A stretch of 64,000 bases of DNA from a virus. Its lineage: Duplodnaviria > Caudoviricetes. The first letter of the stretch is position 1, and each line of letters starts with the position of its first letter. Location: the IMG/VR virus record IMGVR_UViG_3300042010_000129, positions 224,001 to 288,000 of that record, one strand, 5' to 3'. The notes beneath the pieces are model-generated. The model saw nothing but the letters and a program-made list of their open reading frames with translations. It ran no database searches and was not told the origin of the DNA. This document shows positions 1 through 8,509 of this stretch, in pieces. The position numbers were made by a program, and so were the translations under genes.

Positions 1-90
1 AGAATTCGGCTTCGTCTGTGCAAACAACGTCTCAACCATGCAGACGCTTTCAGGTGTTTTCTGACTGCCGACGCCTGTCCACTTTTTCAC
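1..90 (-). CDS. 5' part of a gene running off the window; possible SLOG/DprA-like phage protein
   Basis: GTG at 90 with AAGGA upstream gives (M)KKWTGVGSQKTPESVC, resembling the (Y/W)xGIGSRxTP start of phage SLOG-family proteins. Only 30 codons are visible. Confidence 0.35.
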   Translation of the reverse strand, partial: MKKWTGVGSQKTPESVCMVETLFAQTKPNS

Positions 91-108
91 GTTCCTTTTT
101 CCATCGTG

Positions 109-390
109 TCACCACTGGTTGATTTGAATGGGCGTTAGATTCATGTGGGTTGCATGCTTCACAACGCCGCGTAGAAAGTCACCGGAATAATCGTCAGAAA
201 CGACTTGGTGCAAATAATGATTTCCGGAAAGGTGTGCGTAGGAAACAGATTCGCGGATCACGCCCCACGGCAGGAAAGGAAGAACCAAACGCACGGCACG
301 CACTTGCATGATCGTGGTCAGATAGGCTGCTTGAAGCCCGGCCCGTTCTGCATGCTGATCGTCTGCAAACAAAACGATGTATTCATTCAT
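109..390 (-). CDS. hypothetical protein (93 aa)
   Basis: ORF coupled to the upstream gene by a 4-nt overlap on the coding strand. Confidence 0.7.
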   Translation of the reverse strand: MNEYIVLFADDQHAERAGLQAAYLTTIMQVRAVRLVLPFLPWGVIRESVSYAHLSGNHYLHQVVSDDYSGDFLRGVVKHATHMNLTPIQINQW

Positions 391-875
391 GGGAATATTT
401 GCAAAGACGCTTGCTCAGGATGGAACCAGTCGCCAATCGGTCGGCCTTCGGAATTGAAATACCCGTCAGCCATCAGGTAGGCCATGATTTCCCAATTCGA
501 TTTTACGACTTCCAGATTATCCGGATTATGGCCGGTGGAAATGCCGGTGGAATTCATCAGGAAGTTCGGGTTTTTCACACTGTGTTCGATACCCACCAGC
601 TTCCAGCGGAAACACAGGTTGTACAGCGGCGTGCCGTCACAGTCGCGAGTGAAGTTCTGCACGAACAAACGCAAGCCTGCCATCGAACCGCTTTTGATTT
701 CGACCAAAGTTAACAGTTGCAATTCGTGCTGTTTTTCCATGTTGCGTTCTTTGCGCGTGGTGCCGTCTTCCCCGACGATGTGGTGGCCGGTCACAAGCGA
801 TCCGCGTTCATCGTTGAACACCACGCCTTCCGGGCGAACCAGCATGCCGCCAACTTCTACCGTTTCATTTGACAT
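387..875 (-). CDS. hypothetical protein (162 aa)
   Basis: ORF overlapping both neighbours, typical operon packing. Confidence 0.75.
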   Translation of the reverse strand: MSNETVEVGGMLVRPEGVVFNDERGSLVTGHHIVGEDGTTRKERNMEKQHELQLLTLVEIKSGSMAGLRLFVQNFTRDCDGTPLYNLCFRWKLVGIEHSVKNPNFLMNSTGISTGHNPDNLEVVKSNWEIMAYLMADGYFNSEGRPIGDWFHPEQASLQIFP

Positions 876-1191
876 GGGATGGCTTCTCGATTTCGTAGAT
901 TACGAAGTCCTCGTTTCCGTGTTCGATATGTTCGAGATTTCCACGGTCGTTGGTTTTGAATTCGCCCATTGGCAGAAAGCGACGTTTGAATTCGTCGTGC
1001 CACACACCGTATTCGGTTTTCTTGCCGTCGCGGTAGTGAGTCGGGCCGCACGCGCTGCACAGCATTTTCCCTTCGCGTTCTGGTGCATACGACCAGTCGA
1101 AAAGTTTACGCATGAAACTCAGTTTAAAACCTTGTGCAGCACATGCCGTATTTTCACAGCAGCCGCAATGTTCGCACTGAAACAAACTCAT
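865..1191 (-). CDS. Cys-rich putative Zn-binding protein (108 aa)
   Basis: CEHCGCCENT and CSAC motifs; GGAG RBS upstream. Confidence 0.75.
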   Translation of the reverse strand: MSLFQCEHCGCCENTACAAQGFKLSFMRKLFDWSYAPEREGKMLCSACGPTHYRDGKKTEYGVWHDEFKRRFLPMGEFKTNDRGNLEHIEHGNEDFVIYEIEKPSHVK

Positions 1192-1204
1192 AAAATTTCT
1201 CCCT

Positions 1205-1229
1205 AAAAGAAAAGGGCCTTCCTTGGCCC
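1205..1229 (-). terminator. rho-independent terminator
   Basis: Minus strand GGGCC-AAGGAA-GGCCC followed by TTTTCTTTT, just after the stop at 1238. Confidence 0.65.
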
Positions 1230-1237
1230 AATTTCAT

Positions 1238-1600
1238 TTACGCGTTGACAGGGGCCGCAGGTGCGTCCGGCTCTTCTTCCTCTTCTTCCTCTTCCTCTTC
1301 TTCCTCTTCCTCTTCTTCCTCTTCTTCCTCTTCTTCCTCTTCTTCCTCTTCGCCATCGTCAGGCATGCCGAAAGCGTATTGGAAAGCGCCGCTGGAAAAC
1401 GCGAGTTCTTCACCGAAGCCAACGAACGTGTCTACGTTCCCGGCGTGATGGCACAATTTCTGGCCGACGAAATACATGCACTCGACCTGATCGGCAACCT
1501 GTTCGCCTTCGATTTCGCGGTAGAAAACAGCGCTCACGGTCATGGCGATAGGGCTGTTTTTCGGTGCAGTCAGTGCGCCAACATATGGAACTTGGGACAT
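1238..1600 (-). CDS. small acidic protein with a 27-Glu tract (120 aa)
   Basis: Start re-assigned to ATG at 1600 (MSQVPY), just after the stop of 1614..2483. The GAA/GAG run spans 1271-1351. Confidence 0.75.
   Translation of the reverse strand: MSQVPYVGALTAPKNSPIAMTVSAVFYREIEGEQVADQVECMYFVGQKLCHHAGNVDTFVGFGEELAFSSGAFQYAFGMPDDGEEEEEEEEEEEEEEEEEEEEEEEEEEEPDAPAAPVNA
1271..1351 (-). repeat. GAA/GAG triplet run encoding poly-Glu
   Basis: 81 nt of (CTT/CTC)n on the plus strand. Confidence 0.9.
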
Positions 1601-1613
1601 GGGAAAACTCCAG

Positions 1614-2483
1614 TTATTTGCGTTTCTTTTTCTTTCCAGCTTTTTGCTTTTTGCGCACAGCGGCTGCTGCTTGTGCAGAAAGCATTTGAACACTGTAGAA
1701 CGGTTCACGTCCTTCAGCGACCAATTCTTCGTTGAGCATTTCGACAATGGCTTCTTTGGAGAAATCCATTTCCATTTCTTCGATTTCTTTTCGGAACTGT
1801 TCGTCTTCGGCTGTGCGGATTTTACCCCAACCGTCACTGAACTGTTTTTCCAGTGGGTTGAGATTGGCACGCGCTTCGATTTCTTTTTTCCAACGTTCGT
1901 CCTCGGCTGCACACAGAGCATCAACGGCGTCGAGGGCCATTGCGCTTTCCAGTGTGGTCGGGAGGCCGTTTGCGTCGAGTTCCAGTTCAGGCGAAGGGAT
2001 CGAAATGTTCGCTTTGGTTTCGATTGGTTCCGGGCGAGCCGCGATCACCAGCGAATCAGCCAATTGCTTCAGGCCTTCCAGTTGTCCCGGCGAGTGTTGT
2101 TGCGAGAAAAACAGTGCAGCTTTTTCGTCGTGTGTTTTCGGCTGAACAAACTCAGAGTTTTCGGAGTTGAAATCCATCGGGATAAATTCCATGGCGCTAC
2201 CAGTGCGACCGCGAGTGTCCGTCCAGCTAAGGCCCGCGCCGATATCAGAGGATTCCGAAGTGTGGTGCGTGCTTTCGCCGCTCAGAAACGTATCGTCGAG
2301 CGGGATAAACACCGGCGTTTGCCCACGATTGCGAGACGGGCGGTGGATTTCTTGGCCGGGAATGTGAGACTGCGCACCAGCTTCGATTCCCTGCACCTTT
2401 TCACGGTACATTTCTACCGCTACTTCGCGGCAGTTTTCAGTGCCGTAATCGACGCAGACCACAACGGGTTTTTCTTCACTCAT
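1614..2483 (-). CDS. hypothetical protein with basic C-terminus (~289 aa)
   Basis: ATGA overlap with the upstream stop at 2480; ends KKQKAGKKKKRK. Confidence 0.8.
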   Translation of the reverse strand: MSEEKPVVVCVDYGTENCREVAVEMYREKVQGIEAGAQSHIPGQEIHRPSRNRGQTPVFIPLDDTFLSGESTHHTSESSDIGAGLSWTDTRGRTGSAMEFIPMDFNSENSEFVQPKTHDEKAALFFSQQHSPGQLEGLKQLADSLVIAARPEPIETKANISIPSPELELDANGLPTTLESAMALDAVDALCAAEDERWKKEIEARANLNPLEKQFSDGWGKIRTAEDEQFRKEIEEMEMDFSKEAIVEMLNEELVAEGREPFYSVQMLSAQAAAAVRKKQKAGKKKKRK

Positions 2484-2836
2484 TTCGATTCCTGCCATTT
2501 TTTCGTGTTCCCTTGCAGCTTCACGATGTAGGTATAGCCCACACCATTTGCCTCACGTTCGTAGCGCACAGCACGAACCGGGACGCGACACGGTTGATCA
2601 TCCAGCACCACGAAAAATTCCTGATCGAAATTGACTTTGCGTTGGTGCGTGAAAAACTCCACGACCAGCATCAGGTTTTCTTCGCGATCAGAACGGGTGC
2701 TGTGATGGAGATATTCGCACTGCTGGAAACCGCGCTCGGTGCAAAGCTTCACGTTGGAAATCGTGCCGTCTTTTTCACTGTCTTCGCGCATGCACAGAAG
2801 TGCAAGGTGGAAATTCTTTTCGTGTCCTTTGGTCAT
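2480..2836 (-). CDS. hypothetical protein (~118 aa)
   Basis: ATGA overlap with the phosphoesterase stop. Confidence 0.7.
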   Translation of the reverse strand: MTKGHEKNFHLALLCMREDSEKDGTISNVKLCTERGFQQCEYLHHSTRSDREENLMLVVEFFTHQRKVNFDQEFFVVLDDQPCRVPVRAVRYEREANGVGYTYIVKLQGNTKKWQESK

Positions 2837-3390
2837 TGAGTAATTGCCCGATAGGCTGCACGCCATCCGAGTTTTGCCTTCACGTAAGCAATCGACTGAC
2901 GACGCTCGAATTCTTCATAAACTTCGTCCATGTGAATCGGACGCATGTTGATTTGTTCGAGCGAGCAATTGAAGTACCGACGATCACGCACAAGATGCCC
3001 ATGCAGGTGTCCGTGTAAGTTACGCTTGCCGCGCAAATGCTCAGGGTGCAGCGGGGCGTGCGTCATGATGATGCCGTGTTTATAACCGTACATGCTATGA
3101 ACACTATTTACAGTTTTCAGACCTGCAATAAATCCAGCGCTCACTTTCTCGGTGCAGTGGTTGCCGAGAATCACGACCTTACGACCGGGCAACGAATCTA
3201 CCTTCAGCCAACCCGCTTCGCTGAATGCAACGTCGCCCAAAATGTAGGTGGTATCGCGCTTGTTCGAACGCACGGTATCGGCCCAATTATCGCAGACGAA
3301 TTCGTCATGTTGTTCGACGCTTTCGTAACCGCGATAGATGTGAATACTTTCGTGGGCAATGTGCAAATCAGCGCAGAGGTATGCGGCCAT
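2833..3390 (-). CDS. calcineurin-like metallophosphoesterase
   Basis: DLH, GDV, GNH, THAP and HGHLH metal-binding motifs in the expected order. Confidence 0.9.
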   Translation of the reverse strand: MAAYLCADLHIAHESIHIYRGYESVEQHDEFVCDNWADTVRSNKRDTTYILGDVAFSEAGWLKVDSLPGRKVVILGNHCTEKVSAGFIAGLKTVNSVHSMYGYKHGIIMTHAPLHPEHLRGKRNLHGHLHGHLVRDRRYFNCSLEQINMRPIHMDEVYEEFERRQSIAYVKAKLGWRAAYRAITQ

Positions 3391-3749
3391 TATTCTGTCT
3401 CGACAAAGAAACTCAGGTAGGTGTCATAATCAGGAACTTCGAACGATTCCAAACCGGTTTCGTTTTCATCCGGAAAGAATTCTGCACCCTGTTTAAATTG
3501 CACGCCTTCCCACACGCAGGTCAGCGAACCGTCTTGCATGAGGTGACGGAGGGTTGCAGACGGTTCCGGATCGTTGAGGCCCATCACGATTTCGAAGCGC
3601 TTGTTTTTGTAATCGTGTGTGCCACAAAAGATGTGACAGATCGGGCGCTCGTTATTGATTTGCACGGGCACCGGCAGTTGCATCACGGCGCCGACTGCGT
3701 TGTACAGACGCTCACTTTCGGCGCGGGAAATCTTACTCATTTTTGCCAC
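3390..3749 (-). CDS. hypothetical protein (119 aa)
   Basis: Coupled ORF. Confidence 0.7.
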   Translation of the reverse strand: MAKMSKISRAESERLYNAVGAVMQLPVPVQINNERPICHIFCGTHDYKNKRFEIVMGLNDPEPSATLRHLMQDGSLTCVWEGVQFKQGAEFFPDENETGLESFEVPDYDTYLSFFVETE

Positions 3750-4188
3750 CAGTTTTTGATCCGAGTTTGGGGAACGCTTGCAGAACCAGAGTGGTCAGCG
3801 TGGGTTCGATTCCTTGGTCGCGCAGTTGCTGGCGCGCTTCCGGAGTGTCGTAGCTTTTGTTCACGTTTTCCCACAACCGTTCATGACCGAAGCGCTTTTG
3901 AAAATGATCGCAGCCTTCTTGATAGTAGGCGTCGAATTCCGCAAGTTTTTCAGTGTCGTTTTGATCGAGGGCGGAACCGAACAATACCCAACGCAAACCA
4001 GACAGGCGCGGCGAGTATGCCATTTCCATCATCTGGTCAGCTATTGCCTTGCCCAGTGCATGCCACTGATCATCGGGTTTATCCGCCAGTTCACGAATCA
4101 GTTCACGGTCGTGGCTGTTTTGTTTTCCATCAGCGGCTTTCATCAAACGTTTTACTTGTTCCAACAATTCTTTCTTGTCGTCGCTCAT
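3733..4188 (-). CDS. hypothetical protein (151 aa)
   Basis: Coupled ORF with RBS-like GTGAG. Confidence 0.75.
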   Translation of the reverse strand: MSDDKKELLEQVKRLMKAADGKQNSHDRELIRELADKPDDQWHALGKAIADQMMEMAYSPRLSGLRWVLFGSALDQNDTEKLAEFDAYYQEGCDHFQKRFGHERLWENVNKSYDTPEARQQLRDQGIEPTLTTLVLQAFPKLGSKTGGKNE

Positions 4189-4195
4189 GGTTTTC

Positions 4196-4648
4196 TCACG
4201 CGGCTAAAACGTCGGTGAAATACTTCGAATCGTTCGCAGCTTTTTGCGCATCAGCTTTGTCGATACCCTTAGCAATTGCGTAGGCGCGGACGGCGCAGAA
4301 CATCGACCACTTTTGCCACGCCGGAACACCCAACACGCCCATGGCTTCGAGGAAGATCAGGTCGCCAGTTTTGCGCGTGACGTAAACGTTGATACCGTTC
4401 ATATTTACAGTTCTGTAGCTGCAAATATAATCGTGAATAACCGCTGCCTTTCCGTACTTGCCATTCGGCGGCAACAGCCAGCGAATCCACCACGGCACCG
4501 ATGCCAAATCAGTGCGATAACCGACTGGCACACTCACAACGATTCCAGATCCAAGCATGCCGATCAGGTAGGCGAAAACCTGCCAGATAACATAATGAAT
4601 TCCGTCGTCTTCAAATTCCGCTACAAGCGGGGAAGTAAAACTACTCAT
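4196..4648 (-). CDS. DUF1353 family protein
   Basis: VPxGYxTDLASVP...AAVIHDY...DLIFLEAM...M..AVR signature. Confidence 0.85.
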   Translation of the reverse strand: MSSFTSPLVAEFEDDGIHYVIWQVFAYLIGMLGSGIVVSVPVGYRTDLASVPWWIRWLLPPNGKYGKAAVIHDYICSYRTVNMNGINVYVTRKTGDLIFLEAMGVLGVPAWQKWSMFCAVRAYAIAKGIDKADAQKAANDSKYFTDVLAA

Positions 4649-4979
4649 AAAGCCTCATGTGTACAGTCCACAGATACAGACCGCGTTCGTTGGTTAGGAT
4701 TTCGATGGACTCTGCAAATTGCCACGTGAAAGTGCCGGGCGTCCGAATGGAAAATTCAGCTGCCTTGAAATGCATCAATTGGTCGATCACGCTGTTTTGC
4801 AGGCGCACCAGTTCTTTTGCTTCTGCTTGAATTTGAAACGACGCGTGCAGATAGCCATCGGCAACATCGGTGCCGAGGATCGCCGCGTCTGCTGTGTGGT
4901 TGTCGATGGAAACACGCACAGTTCCTTTGTGGTTCCGCACCGCATCCAAACGATCCCGTACTTCGTGAATGGTTGACAT
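4641..4979 (-). CDS. hypothetical protein (112 aa)
   Basis: AAGGA RBS, coupled ORF. Confidence 0.7.
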   Translation of the reverse strand: MSTIHEVRDRLDAVRNHKGTVRVSIDNHTADAAILGTDVADGYLHASFQIQAEAKELVRLQNSVIDQLMHFKAAEFSIRTPGTFTWQFAESIEILTNERGLYLWTVHMRLYE

Positions 4980-4987
4980 GAAAATCC

Positions 4988-5629
4988 TTATTTAAATGCC
5001 GCGAATTTTACGAAACGTTTTTTGTGGAGGGATTCAGCTTCACGCATCCGCCGATGCATGCCTTGCTTGGTGTCTGACGGAAGGGTGAACGTGATTTCAA
5101 ACGAAAGTTCCGGCAGGAATTTGCAGTCAATATCTGTCGCGTACCAATGCTGTCCGCAGATCAACGCACTCAACTCGTTGACCTGTTGGAAGTTGTCGCG
5201 CATGTATTGAAATTTCGCCATCAAAACTTTTTCGTCTTTGTGAATTACTTTTGCGCGCAGCGTAATGTGTGGTGGAGCCGTTGGGTAACGCTGAGTCACG
5301 CCGAACCACACCACGTCTGTGTACGCCAGATCCTGCTGCGCATGCATAGGCTCCAACACAAAAGTTTCGGTGCCCAAACGAACGCACAGCAATTTCTTTT
5401 TCGGCTGGCTCTTCGCACCGATTTCAAACTGAGGGAAAAGGCCGGTCAGTTCGCGAACAAACTTCTGAAATTTACGGTCGTATTTGAAATAACGCAGGCG
5501 GTCGGCCAGTGCAACAGGTGGCGAAGCCGGGTAGTATTTTGGTTTGGGCGGTGGCTCTTCGAAGTAGCCAAACTCGTAGCCAAACTCTTCCAGTTCATCT
5601 TCCGTTTCTTCGTATAATTCTTCACACAT
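4988..5629 (-). CDS. hypothetical protein (213 aa)
   Basis: ORF with acidic/Pro-rich N-terminus. Confidence 0.75.
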   Translation of the reverse strand: MCEELYEETEDELEEFGYEFGYFEEPPPKPKYYPASPPVALADRLRYFKYDRKFQKFVRELTGLFPQFEIGAKSQPKKKLLCVRLGTETFVLEPMHAQQDLAYTDVVWFGVTQRYPTAPPHITLRAKVIHKDEKVLMAKFQYMRDNFQQVNELSALICGQHWYATDIDCKFLPELSFEITFTLPSDTKQGMHRRMREAESLHKKRFVKFAAFK

Positions 5630-5631
5630 TT

Positions 5632-6057
5632 TTAGATCCCCCTTGCCCCGAGATTCAAATCAACGAACAGACGGTCGTCGCCATGCAACGCAAACGCAGT
5701 CATGAGAAAATTGTGCCCTACAAATTTTACATGCAGCGGATGATCACACGTGTAACGCCTCGAATAAAGTTTTTGATCATATACGCGGGATTCGTCCATC
5801 TGCCGCTTGAGGCTTTCGTACAGCGAATCAAAAACTTTGCACCCGCTACGTTCGATCATCAGTTGCACCGCAGGGAATGTTACCCGGCCCGCGCAATTAT
5901 GTTCAGGCAACCACGTACAGCGTGCATCGTCCGTCAGTTCTGTTTTGTTGTACACGAAAGCGTGAACAGCATGGCCGAAAAGGAGAAACGCGTAAGTCAT
6001 GCCTTCCTTCGACAGCATCTGATAGACGCTGTTGATATCGTTCTTTTCCATGGGCAA
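5632..6057 (-). CDS. hypothetical protein (141 aa)
   Basis: First gene after the ACTGTAAATA motif at 6081; AGGA RBS. Confidence 0.75.
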   Translation of the reverse strand: MPMEKNDINSVYQMLSKEGMTYAFLLFGHAVHAFVYNKTELTDDARCTWLPEHNCAGRVTFPAVQLMIERSGCKVFDSLYESLKRQMDESRVYDQKLYSRRYTCDHPLHVKFVGHNFLMTAFALHGDDRLFVDLNLGARGI

Positions 6058-6080
6058 ATTCCTGTATGGAGCATGCCCTA

Positions 6081-6090
6081 TATTTACAGT
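6081..6090 (-). promoter_or_regulatory. ACTGTAAATA promoter-like motif
   Basis: Intergenic, after a terminator, about 24 nt before the ATG. The same 10-mer recurs 9 times on the minus strand. Confidence 0.6.
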
Positions 6091-6103
6091 ATCTGCCCCA
6101 ATG

Positions 6104-6136
6104 AAAAAGCCCCTGAATCCAAAAGGAAACAGGGGC
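6104..6136 (-). terminator. rho-independent terminator
   Basis: GCCCCTG...CAGGGGC stem followed by TTTTT. Confidence 0.75.
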
Positions 6137-6141
6137 CATGG

Positions 6142-6954
6142 TCAAACGTACACCAAAGTTTTTGCAACGAAGTTTTCGAACTTATGCAGCAGTGCGAAAG
6201 TCGCCCAATTGGTCGTGGTGTATACCGCATCACTGGTCAGCATCGCGCCATCGGCCAAGTCAACGGCTTCTGCATCGAGCATCACAATGTTGAATTCCCA
6301 TCCGTTTTTAAACACGGCGAAAATCGGAGCATCTGCAAACGTCGCAGAAACCACAACGCACTTATTCGTCTGGTCGTACCAGCACCCGCTGACCGCAAGG
6401 CCTTCGAGTTCGGAACTGCCTTCAGAAATCAGTGCTTCCACCGGCCCACGGAAAGTTTCCAGCTGATCGCCGTTGTGCAAAACAACACGGAAATCTGTTG
6501 AAGAATTCGTCAGCCAAACATTCCCTTCGCCCACCGTTACAGTGTGCCATTCTGGCCCAATCAAGATCGTTCCCTGATCAGTACCGAACGCAGGGCCACC
6601 GATATTTCTGGCGCAAATAAAATTGCCAGTAAACTCATGAACAAGCGTCCAGTCTTCATCGAGTGCGTAAATCCCCACGCCATCAACACAAGCGTAAAAC
6701 TTGTCTGCGAAAACAACGTGAGAAAACACTAAATCAACATCCATTGGTGTCCATTCGATTTTATCAACCGATTCGAACACACCGGAACCCACTGCAATGT
6801 AACGACCGTTTCCGGAAGCAACAGAAACAATGGACGCCGCAACGGACGCAGGTACGAAACCAGTAGACTGAACGAATAAACCGTTTCCATCATGGTCTGT
6901 ACCTGAACCACCGACAACATACGAACGTCGCGGAACAGGTTTTACGACTTTTTT
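6142..6954 (-). CDS. -1 frame extension of the 307-aa protein; beta-propeller-like domain (track ORF 6142..6792 is its 3' part)
   Basis: The frame is open from the slippery site to 6142 with no ATG/GTG/TTG until 6792. The upstream 52 codons read as protein (YVVGGSGTDHDGNGLFVQSTG...GNGRYIAVG). Repeated aromatic/Trp-ending beta-strand units. Confidence 0.7.
   Translation of the reverse strand, partial: KKVVKPVPRRSYVVGGSGTDHDGNGLFVQSTGFVPASVAASIVSVASGNGRYIAVGSGVFESVDKIEWTPMDVDLVFSHVVFADKFYACVDGVGIYALDEDWTLVHEFTGNFICARNIGGPAFGTDQGTILIGPEWHTVTVGEGNVWLTNSSTDFRVVLHNGDQLETFRGPVEALISEGSSELEGLAVSGCWYDQTNKCVVVSATFADAPIFAVFKNGWEFNIVMLDAEAVDLADGAMLTSDAVYTTTNWATFALLHKFENFVAKTLVYV
6901..6954 (-). promoter_or_regulatory. 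programmed -1 ribosomal frameshift signal
   Basis: In-frame A_AAA_AAG (6948-6954), 7-nt spacer, then stem-loop ACCUG...CAGGU (6901-6940) with inner CCG/UGG and CGAC/GUCG pairs. Confidence 0.75.
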
Positions 6955-7865
6955 GCGATTGTCGCCAACACTTCAACCGAAACAGCATCGCCGGTTTGCA
7001 GACGTGGACGCGCTTCCAGTTTCAGAGTGTAGAGGCCCAGCGGCACACCGTCTTCGGTACGTTCAACCGATGCCGGAAGCATGTGGTCGATGTACGGGAA
7101 AGTGTATTGCTGAATCATTTGGGTTACGCGATGGTCAGCATCGGTTGCCGAGTCGCTAACAACGCGAATACCTTGACTGTACCACGTGTAATTTTTGCCT
7201 TTGCCGTCTGGCGTTGGCGTGTTCTGCAAATCCCATTTGACGGGTGCAGCATCGCCGTCCGGATCTACGTCGAGGTAAAGGGAAATGTCGTACATTTCCG
7301 TAATGTCGTTTACGCCTGTCAGCAGCGAACCAGCCGTAACGGCAAAAGTCCAACGCTCGCCCGGTTCCAGTTCGATTTCAAAACCACCAGCGCCATCACC
7401 GAAGTATTCGCTGTTGTTGTATTTACGCACGGCCAAACCGAGTTCGATATTCGCGTTTTTACCAATCACGAAATCATCAGCCGGATTGCCTACGCCTGCC
7501 AGCATGTAATTGACGCCGCCAACTTCACGAACAAAAGTGGTTTCTGCTTTCGGCGTTTCGGTCAGTGGAGCATAAACGATTGCAGCCAGCGGGCCAGTTG
7601 CCGACCACGGGCCGAGGCAGATAAGAACATCACCGAAATAAAACGAAATGATCTTGCCGTCATTGCCTGCTTCGATTTGCGTCAGCACCGGAACTTCGGA
7701 AGAGCCGTAATGGGACGCAACGGTTTTGCGAAATGCGCCCGATTGTACAACCTCTTCCATTTCAGCTTCGGTCAGTTGAATGCGGCGGATCTTCGAGGGA
7801 TCGCCTTTGTCCTGCAAGGCTTCAATAATCTCGGCCCATACGCCCGAGTAGTTCTGGACATTCAT
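6942..7865 (-). CDS. probable virion structural protein (307 aa; short form of the frameshift pair)
   Basis: AAGGA RBS, beta-rich composition, preceded by the GTAATTTAA motif found before structural genes. Confidence 0.8.
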   Translation of the reverse strand: MNVQNYSGVWAEIIEALQDKGDPSKIRRIQLTEAEMEEVVQSGAFRKTVASHYGSSEVPVLTQIEAGNDGKIISFYFGDVLICLGPWSATGPLAAIVYAPLTETPKAETTFVREVGGVNYMLAGVGNPADDFVIGKNANIELGLAVRKYNNSEYFGDGAGGFEIELEPGERWTFAVTAGSLLTGVNDITEMYDISLYLDVDPDGDAAPVKWDLQNTPTPDGKGKNYTWYSQGIRVVSDSATDADHRVTQMIQQYTFPYIDHMLPASVERTEDGVPLGLYTLKLEARPRLQTGDAVSVEVLATIAKKS

Positions 7866-7924
7866 TAAAGAATTCCTTTATTGGTGGAAAACATGTGCAA
7901 AACATCTGCACGGAATACCTACCA

Positions 7925-7933
7925 TTAAATTAC
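7925..7933 (-). promoter_or_regulatory. GTAATTTAA late-promoter-like motif
   Basis: Exact copy 60 nt upstream of the ATG at 7865. Confidence 0.55.
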
Positions 7934-8184
7934 CCTTTAAAGGCAGAAATATCTCGAATGATTCCGCGTGTTAGCCGATAGCCATCACGCAGAGTTGAGG
8001 CACCGAGATAAACGACCAGCATTGCGGCCACGCTGAATGCAATGCTGTGCCGATTCATTTCGTGTTCACGCATCCAGAACCAACCTGCCAGCGCTTTGTG
8101 CGACAGCAGTACAATCAACGCCACCATGATTGCCATAGACAGAGGAATTAACACCAGCGAGCAACGTAGAACGAAAAGACGCAT
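7930..8184 (-). CDS. small membrane protein (~84 aa, two hydrophobic segments)
   Basis: TAATG overlap start (MRLFVLRC); two long hydrophobic stretches. Confidence 0.65.
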   Translation of the reverse strand: MRLFVLRCSLVLIPLSMAIMVALIVLLSHKALAGWFWMREHEMNRHSIAFSVAAMLVVYLGASTLRDGYRLTRGIIRDISAFKG

Positions 8185-8441
8185 TAAAAGAAATCCGGTA
8201 AGTTTGGTTCGCGTTTGAATAGGCGACACACCGCCCATTTGAGAGTGACAAGGCAAACAGAAACCATGAATGCCAAAAAGAAAAGCGGAATGATCGACGC
8301 GACAGTGTAAGTGCCGAAAAGTTCAATGTAACGATTGTCTGCCTGACGCCACAACGTCATAAGCAGAATGCCCGCATGACAGAAACCAATTGCGGCCAAG
8401 CTACTGCACAAGCAAGCAATCCAAATATAGAGCGCACGCAT
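8184..8441 (-). CDS. small membrane protein (85 aa, two hydrophobic segments)
   Basis: Hydrophobic helices at both ends of a short polar loop. Confidence 0.65.
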   Translation of the reverse strand: MRALYIWIACLCSSLAAIGFCHAGILLMTLWRQADNRYIELFGTYTVASIIPLFFLAFMVSVCLVTLKWAVCRLFKREPNLPDFF

Positions 8442-8471
8442 CAGGCCAATCCTTTTATGTTTTTATCCCAC

Positions 8472-8505
8472 AAAAAACGGGATCTACCGCAAGGCAAATC
8501 CCGTT
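8472..8505 (-). terminator. rho-independent terminator
   Basis: AACGGGAUUUGCC-UUGC-GGUAGAUCCCGUU stem plus U-tract. Confidence 0.8.
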
Positions 8506-8509
8506 CGTT

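Noticed and set aside
1245-1250. TTGACA as a sigma70 -35 box
   Set aside because: It is on the non-coding strand with no -10 element at the proper spacing.
1238-1924. Track ORF of 228 aa
   Set aside because: Its first 108 codons overlap the 289-aa gene in another frame; the real start is more plausibly 1600.
6729-6920. 63-aa minus-strand ORF as a separate gene
   Set aside because: It overlaps the -1 frame extension, which reads as much more protein-like; no RBS.
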